Shown here one piece after another: positions 52,741 to 64,000 of a DNA stretch of 64,000 nt. Position numbers and translations under genes: made by a program. How positions within the stretch are numbered: the stretch's first letter is position 1; each line of letters opens with the position of its first letter. The stretch is from NCBI GenBank assembly GCA_951406725.2, contig OX597815.1, forward strand, positions 157,914,001-157,978,000, given 5' to 3'. Below the pieces are notes generated by a model. It ran no database searches and was not told the origin of the DNA. It saw nothing but the letters and a program-made list of their open reading frames with translations. This stretch comes from Octopus vulgaris. Its lineage: Eukaryota.

Positions 52741-54432
52741 TAAACCAGCTCCACATGTGGGCAGTTTGTTCGAAGTAGTATACAAATAAACAAGCATGCA
52801 AGCATAAAAACCATAATCTATAGCACCTCCTATGATAGGAATATTACAGTGGTGCACACCTATGCATTAATAGCAGCTTGTGAAGGTGTTAAGATAATAC
52901 CAAGTCGATGTTGAACAGGCGGAGATAACATCGACCAATAAATTTACAAAGATCTTCCCGCCTCTTTGTCATGACGTCACCACACCCCACCTCTTATTGA
53001 TGGGGGAAGCCTTATAACAACAATTTCCTTACAATGTCTTTCGCTTAAACATTCAAAAACCAGAACAAAAAGCAGATCCGAGAGACGAAATCAGGCAGAA
53101 ATCCGAGCAGTAACCACAGATATATATATATATACACGCATACAAACGTGTATATATTAGAATATATTACATACATATATATATATATATATGTGCATGT
53201 ATAGATAGATACATACATACATATAAACATTTGAGAGATAGATAAGAGTGAGCTAGGTTGATACACCTGGCTGTGTATATATCAACTCATTACTTCTGTC
53301 ATCTGCATCAGAAACAAACGCTAAAGTTATACAAACTCGATTTCTTCATTAAACCCAAGGTAAGAAAAGCTATCATTATTACATTTTTTAAAAAACATTT
53401 TTAGAATCACAAAAAGTAGATTAACATATTTACTGTATATAACAATACAAACACATATACACGCATACAAACGCACACACGCATACACACACATATACAT
53501 ACATACATACATACATACATACATACATACATGCATACATACAAATACATACACTCATGTATGTATTATGTATGTGTGTGTATACACATAAAACATAATA
53601 ACATATGCAAACATATATAAACATACATATACAGATATATATATTGTGTGTAAATATGTATGTATATCAGTATGTTTATATATGTACATATATATACACA
53701 CACGCACCCAATCACCCCCACACACACACATACACACATATACATGTACATGTATGCATGTATATATAAGTATGCATCTATGTATGAACGATTTAGTATA
53801 CATAATATGAACATCTCTGTGCATGTATGCATATGTCAATGTTATCCGTATGTATGTTACATATACAGACATATATGGACACTTCTCTACTTTCATGGGT
53901 AATTACTTACACACGTACATCTATACATAAATAGCCATAAACACACACACTCACGTACATACATACATACATACATACATACATACATTGTCTTATATAC
54001 TAAAGTGATGTCCACACCCACTACATGGAAGCAAGTTTATCTACACACGCACCTACATACAGGCACATTCTAACTCATTCAATACCCCTAAAACCCTTGA
54101 ACCGTGTTCACTTAAAAAAGGCCTTGTCCTTTTGTTAGAGCCCGGTTTGAATTCTGTGAAGCAAAATATCTTAAACCCCAAAGCAAAAAAAAATGATACA
54201 TGCATATGTGTATGCACTGATGTATCTGCAACATACATATTGTCATACATAGGTACGTCCATAGGTATATACAAGGTTTAATGGATGATGAAGGAAACAA
54301 GATGCTTTCCTTCACAATGTTGCTACCAAGCAGGTGATAGGTCAAAATTAAATCTAAATTAAAAGTATAAAATAAAACATACATATATACATTAACTGAC
54401 TGGCTAGTATACACACATACATAAATGCATGC

Positions 54433-54650
54433 ATTCAATATGTGACCGCATGTTTATCGTTGGCGACTTTTTTCCTCCGTCTTCCCTTCCTTGGATCTTT
54501 CCTTTTCCTATGTTTCTGACGAAGAGCTCCGCTCGAAACGTTAAATCCTCTTTCTTTCTTTCCTTTCCTGAGCATCCAATAACACTATACTTGCTCCACG
54601 TCCTCGCATTGTTGTATTTTCTCTTTGTGTTTTCATGTTTGGATTAACTT
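54433..54650 (+). mobile_element. ~210-bp hammerhead-bearing short element, copy 2 (canonical core)
   Basis: CTGACGA (54516) a gagc-tcc-gctc GAAA cgtt; flanking direct repeat taaatgcat. Confidence 0.75.
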
Positions 54651-54989
54651 TAAATGCATACATCCATACATAGAAACAAACCTCTGGGGTATTAAAAATC
54701 TGCAAGACCTAGGTATTTAAAGGATAAGGAACAAAACAAGATGCTCTCCTTCACAGCCTTGCTACCAAGAAAAATTTCGGTAACAGAACTTTGTTTCTAG
54801 CCGAACCCCGGTTCTTTTTACATTAGTAAAAAATTTAAAAAGTAAAACAGCACACGTCATGCATGCTTATATATATGAATATATACATACGCGTTCTGTT
54901 ACAAATACATATTTGTATATATCTGCCTGTTTTTAATAGCTTTGCAAATGATATGCTATCAAATAATAGGCATATATCCCTTATCTTTT

Positions 54990-55281
54990 ATCTTTTACTT
55001 GCTTCATCATTTGACTGCAGCCATGCTGGAGCAAATCGATACCCAGGACTATTTTTTTAAGCCCCGGTAATTATTCCATCAGTCACTTTTGCCGAACAGC
55101 TAGATAACAGAGACGTAAATACACCAACACCGGTTGTCAAGCAGATACAATACATGCATATAAATATATACATATATATATGAATACATACACACACACA
55201 TGCAACAATGCACACACACACACACACACATATATATACATATACAAGTATATACGATGGACTTCTTTCAGTTTCCGTCTA
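54990..55281 (-). mobile_element. SINE family B, headless copy
   Basis: Tail and body match 3096-3370. Confidence 0.8.
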
Positions 55282-58240
55282 TTATTGTAGATCTTGTTAT
55301 GGTATATCATTGCGCATGCATTACCGGAAGTTCATAGTAGACGTATTATTTTAAATTATAATCGCAGATATACACAAATATATTTATTTATACATACATA
55401 CATATGCAAATATATACACACACACAAATATATAGATATATTCGTATGTACGTATGTGTATATGTATGCGTGCATGTGTGTGTGTATGTACGTACGTACA
55501 TACATACGTACATACATACATGCGTACGTACGTATGTGTGTAATATTCACCGGATAGTTAATGTGTCGATCCATTACATTTTTAACATTGCGTAGCTGGG
55601 TCTCCGTTGTTTTCAACAATGAGTATTTAGCTGTTCGACCAACTGAATGACCTACTCATTGAATAAACGTCCAAGTGGCTGAGTATTCCACAGACACGTG
55701 TATCCTTACAGCAATCCTTAAACAGAATCAAGGTGTGTACCTTTAAATTACAGGAATAATCCACCCAACGTATTTCTGCATAGTTTTTATTCCAGATTTC
55801 ACTCGCAAGCCTAAGGTCGACTTAAGGCTAACAGTGAAAGATATTTTGGCCAAGAAGTTATATTGTTGGGTTGAACCCGGAGAGAGATTTCTTTATCATT
55901 CGGTTGTTGTTGTACACATCGACCTTTACATTTATTCAGCTATCAAGATCAGGGATCGGACCTAATGGAAAGATAACTGCCCGATTCTTATCTTGAACCA
56001 GTGGCGTAGCTAGAATGTTCAGTACTTGAGTTTGGCGTTCGTCTCCGGGTCCTTCAAGCCTATGTTTTTTGCAGCAGATCCAAAAAGTGCTACCCCCACC
56101 CCATAAAAGCGTCTCCCAATGCCGACCACTTCGCGCCATCACACACTTACTGTTTAGAATATTCCCAGATTGATTTTATAACAATTGCTACCAACTGCTG
56201 GGTGAACTGATATAACGTGGAGAATATATTGTTTAGACAAAAAGAGAAAACAAAGTAACGAAATCCAAGTAGCAGATTAGAAATCATTACATGTGGTTAA
56301 CTAATATTTTATCTACTGGCTTTTCTCATTAATTAGATTTAACATGAATTTTCAAGTAAGATAACAACTGACGGTTGATTCTATATACTTCGTTACGAAA
56401 TTCACAATATGGTTCTGTCTTGTGAACATATGGTATATCTAGTGCGATAGATCCGAGGATCATATATATTCATTTGACTGATATTCCATGAGTCATAGAT
56501 TGTTCGATCAGGGTAGGTCCAGAGCTTATACAACAACGACCAATATACAGAGGTAGTCTGTAAGTTTTACGAATCAAAAGAATTTCTTTTTGCGATGATT
56601 GTGTTACTCAGTATTGTTATATTTACCTATGCAATAAAGGAGCATCTGTACGGTCGTTTTGGCCTGCAAGAAATAACAATTAACGTCCAACTAATAGTAT
56701 CCCTACCGTCTTTAGAAAAGGAAATAGTGACAGTGTAATAGACCTGCTTGATTGTAGCTAATTTGGTGGGGAAGTTAATATATAAAAAAAAACAAGGAAC
56801 TAGAACTGGTCATTGGAATCAACTTTCATTTCCCTAGAGTCACGAGAATAAATACAAGCAATATATTGGAGTTCATTTAATTACTTGCACTCTTCTTCTC
56901 AAACAATCATCATCAGAGTTGATGTTATGGTTGGTGGTCTGATAGAAGTTGTAGTATGCTCTACTGACTAGGGGCTAATGAATAATCCCTTACGCTCTAC
57001 TTGCAGTCATAGTATGGCTGAATGGTTAAGAATTTCGCTTCGCAACCACCATGTACCCGCTTCGATTCCACCGAGTTCTTTAGACGAATCTCATTTTTAT
57101 GGCATCGTATCTATCCATGACTTGTGAGTGAAAATGGTTAAACGAAAATTGTATAGAAGACCATCGAATAGATGCAACATGCATTTCAAAAGTGCAGCTT
57201 TGACCCACACTCTGTCACCCTGATTTTACCATAGAATTACTTTAAGGGTACACGTTTGTGTAGAATGCTTAACCAGTTTGACATCAGTTCAGAAATAGGT
57301 AATTACCTTGATCAAACAACAGTATCCTCGTCGTCGAATGACGGAGATCCACTAAAATTGTAAGTTCAAATCCCGTTGAAGTCAACATATTTTCTTCGAT
57401 AAAATATGTGCCAATCAATTACTCGAGCCAATATATATATATATCGACTATCCTTCCGTGTCCCATAAATTTGCGGGTCTTGTACCGTTGTTGGAATCAA
57501 TTATAATGGGGAAACCTTGATAGTGATCAAGTTGAAGAGATTATAGAATCGCGAATTGAATGCTCAAATGTATTTAGTTTCGTCTCTTGTCCTTCTTACG
57601 TTTCTTATTTCTAATCCGAGTAGGGTTGATTCTACCCCACCCCACCCCACCTCTCTCTATGGTCGATGAAAGAGTTTATTAGTCATGTAATAGAGTCGTT
57701 TCGATTTGCAATATTCCATTCTGAGCCGTCGTAGAAAAGATTCATTACAATATTCCTCACCGGTATAAACACCCTGGTATTTCCTTTATTTTGGCGCCTC
57801 TATATTCCAGGGATTTCTTATATTCAATATCAGTCATTAAATACCTTTAAAGATCTCTTGCGTTTCACATCGTAAATGTGTAGCTTTTATTTTATTTCAA
57901 AAGCGACATAAGCGGACGCAAAAATTACGCCATTTTACTTTCGAAGTGGTGTAACAGTTTCGGAGCGTTGGCCAGAAGCATATATATCTACTTCCGGTAC
58001 TTAGTTATTTCTTGCGCTTTTTTTTTATTTTATATCTTTTATTTTTCATTCGTACATTTTCTACAGATACATGTAAAGTTTATTTTAGACCTTTTACATT
58101 GAGCGTCCTTACCAGTAATAGCTTCTCTACGTGGTTGTTCAACCTGTTACAAGTACCAGTCAAATCCCTCAGATATCAACATACCATCTTAAAAAATTGA
58201 ATAACTTGTTGGATAATGCAGTCCGAGATCTACAAATATG

Positions 58241-58669
58241 GGATCTTTTCGGTTTGAACGGCAGTTTTTTCTAGCGGTGTCATATGAAATTGTCACCCAT
58301 AATTAGGACCCTAGAATCGATCTCTTTTAGGGTTAGGCTTAGTTAGGGTTAGGGTTTGGGTTAGGGTTAGGGGTGGGAGAAGGGTATCTTTTTTTCTTCA
58401 CAAATGTAAATAAACCCAATCTGTTTCTTAAACGAGGGACATATTCATACGGCACAGAATGCTTTTTAACTCAATAGACGTCATTGATTGGTTGAAATTG
58501 CAGAAATTGAAGAAAAAAAACAACAAATATCTTACAAACTATAGAATTTTCTCAATAAAGGCAAGAGAAAAAGATGTTTTATAAACACAATCTACCAGTA
58601 TACGAAGTTTAAAATTTTTTAGTTACCTAGAAATTATGTTAAAAACTGCCGCTCAAACCGAAAAGATCC
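58241..58669 (+). mobile_element. MITE with TTAGGG tract, copy 3
   Basis: Same TIRs; perfect 8-bp TSD caaatatg. Confidence 0.95.
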
Positions 58670-59532
58670 CAAATATGTTAGCATAGCCTCCATTGGAATG
58701 TCTTTAATCGTAGCTGTGGGTTATACGACGACGACGACAACAACAACAATAACAACAACAACAATAACAACAACAACAACAAAGAAGAGAATTAGATATT
58801 TAAATAAAAATTCGAAAATGACTACACTCAGAAATCAAAACTGGGTATCTTACATTTGCTTCTTACTGTCTTTCATTTGCTTCTAAGATGTTTGCCTATT
58901 CATTAGAATAAAGAGAGCTACAGAAATGTTATATGTCTGTGAGACAGAAGAATAGAATTTAGAATGCTCGGCAGTAGAATTTCAGTTTATTATTTGTATA
59001 AGACGAAACAATAAGAATGAGATGACATCAGCCATTGAAGCTTTCAAACTTTCTACAACCTGGCAGATGTTTCAAAATCCGGATAGAGTTCGTTCAGTCG
59101 ACTGTTAACATGATGTTATACACACACGTACCCTCACACACTAGTATATATGTGTGTGTGTGTGTGTGTGCGTGTGAGTGTGTGTGTGTGTGTATATATA
59201 TATGTGTGTGTGTGTGTGTATGTATATATACTTATATACTCACAGACATGTATTCACTGCTCAAACGCACGCACTCACACACAATGACGAACAATACACA
59301 CCCACACACCTGCATGTATGAATTTTATCATCCTCGTCCTTTCTCTCTCTCTCGTCTCTCTCTTTTCTTCTCTTTCCTCCCAGCTCTCTCTCTCTCTCTC
59401 TTTGTCTGTCTGTCTGTCTCTCTCTTTCTCTTAATATTTATATATATATATATATATATAATATGTGTGTGTGTATTTATGTATAGACAGATAGGCACAT
59501 ACATACATACCAGCACATATACATACATATAT

Positions 59533-59605
<73 letters not shown>

Positions 59606-59737
59606 TACAAACACACATACGCAAACACGCACGCGACAGGCGCGCACACACACACACACAGATATATGGTGTATATGCAATATGAGGAGATGGGGAGATT
59701 ATATATATATATATTATATATATATATATATATATAC

Positions 59738-60137
59738 ATGCGGGCGTGGCTGTGTGGTAAGAAGCTTGCTTCCCAGTTCAATCCCATCGCATGGCACCTT
59801 GGTTCCAGGCTCAGTCCATTGTGTTACATATTGAGCAAATGTCTTTTACTGTTGCTTCGGGCCGACCAAAGCCTTGTGAGTTGATTTGGTAGACGGAAAT
59901 TGGAAGAAGCCCGTCGTATATGTATATATATGTGTGTGTTTGTGTTTGTCCCCCTCATTGCTCGGGAACCGATGCTGGTGTGTTTACGTTCCCGTAACTT
60001 AGCGGTTCGACAAAAGACACCGATAGAATAAGTACTAGGGTTACAAAGAATAAGTCCTGGGGTCGATTTCTTCGACTAAAACCCTTTAAGGCGGTGCTCC
60101 AGCATGGCCGCAGTCAAATGACTGAAACAACTAAAAG
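59738..60137 (+). mobile_element. SINE family B, full length
   Basis: tRNA-like head, body gatttggtagacggaaa, tail ggcggtgctccagcatggccgcagtcaaatgactgaaac. Confidence 0.85.
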
Positions 60138-60144
60138 AAAAAAG

Positions 60145-60212
<68 letters not shown>

Positions 60213-60220
60213 ACCAACTT

Positions 60221-60276
<56 letters not shown>

Positions 60277-60399
60277 ATACTGTTTCGTTCTCTCTCTTCT
60301 TTATCACCTACTTTCCCACATGCACACACTCACATAATCTCAGTGTGTGTGTATGACTGTGGGCATGTGTGTGCGCGCGCGCGCGTGTGTGTTTTCGGA

Positions 60400-61230
60400 T
60401 GTGGCCCCAAGGTGTCTTGTTAAGATGGGACCAAGTGAACGCAAAGTCTCAAGGTCTGACCTTTGAAAAGCGGATCCCCATCGAATAAAATTGCTAATTC
60501 GGGCAGTTTAAGATATCTTGCCAAGACTATCCGACTTGTTCTGCTGGAGTAAGTTGAAATCATTAGCTTGCCCCCTATGCCCGAGGAAAAGAAGGCTGGA
60601 GCACATCTTCAGAAGTTGTCCAAAAGCCCTGGGAGAGGGACTCTACTACTGAATGCATAACCAGGTTTTGAAGGCCATAGCAGACACCATCTGAAGTGGG
60701 ATTAGTCATAGCAGGTACCTCCGCCCAACGAAGAAATTTATCAGAGCCTTATAAAAACTGGAGAGAAGAAGACTCTCCAGACGCTGATAAGTCTGATAAG
60801 TCTGCCTTTGCAGGCCTACTTGCAGCAGCTAAAATACTGGGAGATGAAAGTCGACCTGGTGAAGCACCTGGAGTTCTCAGAAACTGTCGTCTCAATAAAG
60901 GCGGCGAGCTGGCAGAATCGTTAGCACGCCGGGTGAAATGCTTAGCGGTATTTCGTCTGCGTTACGTTGTGAGTTCAAATTCCGCCGAGGTCGACTTTGC
61001 CTTTCATCCTTTCGGGGTCGATAAATTAAGTACCAGTTACACACTGGGGTCGATGTAATCGACTTAATACCTATGTCTGTCCTTGTTTGTCCCCTCTGTG
61101 TTTAGCCCCTTGTGGGCAGTAAAGAAATAAGAAACTGTCGTCTCAACATCACTAAAGCTGGATCTCTATTCGCTGGAAGAAGCACATTGAGGATGATAAC
61201 GATAACAAGAGAAGGAAATATGCTGAGCTA
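60400..61230 (+). mobile_element. HERO-type RLE retrotransposon fragment split by a SINE
   Basis: LLIRAV.DILP, CPLCPRKRRLEHIFRSCPKALGEG..HNQVLKAIA and WEMKVDLVKHLEFSETVV[SINE]STSLKLD. Confidence 0.8.
60900..61129 (+). mobile_element. SINE family A, intact young copy
   Basis: A box agctggcagaa, B box gagttcaaattcc; perfect 17-bp TSD agaaactgtcgtctcaa (60879-60895 / 61130-61146). Confidence 0.95.
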
Positions 61231-62072
61231 GTGGAGTTATCATACATACATATATACGAGTGAGCGTGCACATATGTATGTTCGTATATGCATGTATAGG
61301 TATATATATATATATATATAATGTATGTAAGTATCATGTATGTATATATATATATGGGTGGCTGTGTGTATGTGTGTGTGCATGAGTGAGTGAGTGAGTA
61401 TATAAATATATATATGTGTATAAACATAGATACATAGATAGATAGATAATATGTATGTATGTCTGTGTGTATGTACATATCTATTATTATTTATATTATG
61501 TATGCATGTATGTGTGTGCCACAGAACCAGCGAACCTTCCATTAAATATATTAAACTTTATAAACATTTGACTTCTATATTCAGTCGTATATATATATGT
61601 ATGTATGCCTGCATGTATATATATGTATGAATTTCGAGCTTTTTCTATCGTTCATATTTCAATTACTTTTCAAATTTATTGCCCCTTTCCACAGCCAAAT
61701 ATTCACCATTTTATATTGCTCTATCTTATCTAAACAGTTAAACTATTTTCACTACTTTCCACTAATTCATTAATCTTTTGATAAATGGTTCTCGTTTGAA
61801 AAAATTAAGCTTTTCTTACTTATCACAAACTATTTTTTTTTTTTTACTTCTAAACAAATGTTGTGACGTTTGTATTTTTTCTATCAAATAAAGTTACCGA
61901 AATGGCTGCGATAAAATCGGCAATTTATTATGCATTTTGAAGATGTATGCCCATCAAATTTATTAAAACGGGTTATAAAGATAGCGTTTTATAAATGGAG
62001 ATAAATAACTGAAAAATCATTCATCCTGTTTGCTTCCTTGTTTACAATAAAATATATTATACTATTTTTAAA

Positions 62073-62077
62073 TGATG

Positions 62078-62175
<98 letters not shown>

Positions 62176-62241
62176 AAGAAGAAGAAGAAGAAGATGATGA
62201 TGATGAGGATGATGAGGATGATGATGATGATGATGATGATG
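62073..62241. repeat. Compound trinucleotide microsatellite (AAT)n(AAG)n(ATG)n
   Basis: Seen directly. Confidence 0.95.
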
Positions 62242-62249
62242 AATCCCCA

Positions 62250-63860
62250 CACGAGGATCCTAGAAACACTAGCTATGAACAAGGTAGCACTGATAATCAT
62301 AACATATATAAAACGTTCTATGAATAAATAGCAGAGAGTGCTACAGCTCCGGACAAAAGAGAGATTCATAAAAACCAAAGCCATCCCCATTAGAAGAATT
62401 ATCCAGGGAGACACGCTCTCTCTACTCGTTTTCTGCTTGGCACTGACACCTTTATCTGACATGTTAAACAGAACTGGATGTGGATACAACTGTTGCGGCA
62501 AAACAATCAGCCACCTCTTCATCTCTTCATCTACGCTACAAATGATAAACAGCTGGAAACATTGCTACAGACTGTACATGGATTTACCAAAGAAATGAAC
62601 ATGAAATTTGGCTTAGAAAAATGTGCTAAAGCAACCTTTAAAAGAGTAAAACTAGTTAAGAGTAGCGACATGAAATAAGAGAATTAGAGCAAAGCCAGAC
62701 ATACATATACTTAGGAATCAATGAACTAGATACTATACAACACACCCAAATGAAAGAGAAGATAAAGCGGAATACTATAGGCAAGTTAGATTAATACTGA
62801 AAACAGAGCTCAATGCGAAAAACAAGATAATAGATATCAACATTCTAGCCGCCCCAGTTATAAGTTACAGCTACAGTATTCTTACCTGGACTCTAAATGA
62901 ACTAATCAAAATAGACAGGAAAAGAAGAAAAATGACAGGATTTAGGATGCACCATCCAAAATCTGACATAGAAAGGCTATATATACAAAGTATCCAGGGC
63001 GGTAGAGGACTTATACAGCTAGAAAACTTTTACAAAATATCCACCATAGGACTACAGAACTACTTACTTCAGAAGCAAAGAAAACTTATACAAATTGCCT
63101 CAAAACACGAGCAAAACGAAAGACTGTTTTCAGTCTTTAATGAAGCTGACAAATACAACAAAAAAGAAGTCTTAGTACCTAACAACTATGATGAAAAAGA
63201 AGAAACAACAAAAGCTGTAAAACAACTAAAATCCAAACTAAAGCTGGAACAGCAACAGATCATGATAAAACGATGGCAAGAAAAGCCTCTTCATGGCAAA
63301 TATTCGGTTAAACTAAGCATAAAAGAAATAGACAAAGCAAAATCTCAACAATGGCTGAGAAGCCTAGGTTTCAAAGCAGAGACTGAAGGATTTCTTATTG
63401 CAGCACAATATCAAAGCCTTCCCACCAGAAATCACCAAAAGCATGTAATGAAAAGAAATACAAATAACTGCAGAATATATGAAGATGGAGAAGAAACAAT
63501 AAGTTATATTGTCTCTGGCTGCCCAGTCCTGGTTAAGAAGGAATTGGGACACGACGGAGTTGGGACCTACGTACACTGGAAGCTATGCCAACACTATGGA
63601 ATAACAACAGATAGAGAAATTAAGGAAAATAGGCCAGATATAGCTGTCAGATATCACCACGAAAAAAAAACAATGTTCCTCTAAAAGAAACGGAGAAACT
63701 TTCAAAATACAAAGATCTGGAAATAGAGGTAATTCGAATGTGGAGTCTAAAAACAGAAACAATTCCTATCATAGTAGGCACATTAGGTATGATAGAGAAA
63801 AACATTCAGACAAATACATAACAAAAACACTAGGACTAACAAGTATATATAGCATACTTG
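62250..63860 (+). mobile_element. R4/Dong-clade retrotransposon, 5'-truncated (RT to RLE), decayed
   Basis: IQGDTLSLLVFCLALTPLS, MKFGLEKCA, HPKSDIERLY..GGRGL, ETEGFLIAAQ and ENRPDI motifs. Confidence 0.9.
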
Positions 63861-63897
63861 CTATATATATGGTAGAAGGAAACTGAAAGAAGTCTGT

Positions 63898-63971
<74 letters not shown>

Positions 63972-64000
63972 TACATATGTGGAAAATAAATCGGTGTGGG

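Noticed and set aside
55998-56140. PIF/Harbinger-like MITE (cagtggcgtagctag)
   Set aside because: Only one convincing terminus; no matching TIR or TSD
58327-58378. True telomere or chromosome-fusion scar
   Set aside because: The short TTAGGG tract is internal to a TIR/TSD-bounded MITE present three times
61989-62522. Poly-I/F/L/N/K/S/Y ORFs resembling membrane or low-complexity proteins (also 4060-4449 and 27080-27413)
   Set aside because: Translations of trinucleotide arrays

Overview
AT-rich eukaryotic DNA dense in microsatellites and almost entirely made of repeats. The SINE families and the (TA)n/(TACA)n/(TAA)n density suggest an octopod cephalopod (Octopus); this is inferred from repeat content only. 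No intact host protein-coding gene was found, and most ORF-track entries are microsatellite read-throughs. The window holds nested mobile-element fossils: five R4/Dong-type and two HERO-type RLE retrotransposon fragments, a young CR1-group RT with one nonsense codon, a Penelope-like RT, an RTE fragment, several Tc1/mariner elements (DD41D, DD37D-like, DD34D derivatives), a hAT MITE, Helitron/HINE elements and three SINE families. Four observations stand out. (1) A TSD-bounded ~3 kb ORF1-only (HAL1-like) retroelement ends in the same 3' tail as the most abundant SINE. (2) Several short elements carry minimal hammerhead-ribozyme motifs with Penelope-style inverted/direct repeat architecture. (3) Three copies of an 8-bp-TSD MITE carry an internal telomeric TTAGGG tract. 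(4) A decayed reading frame may be an endogenous negative-strand RNA virus L-gene fragment split by later insertions; this is speculative. Coordinates of degenerate elements are approximate.
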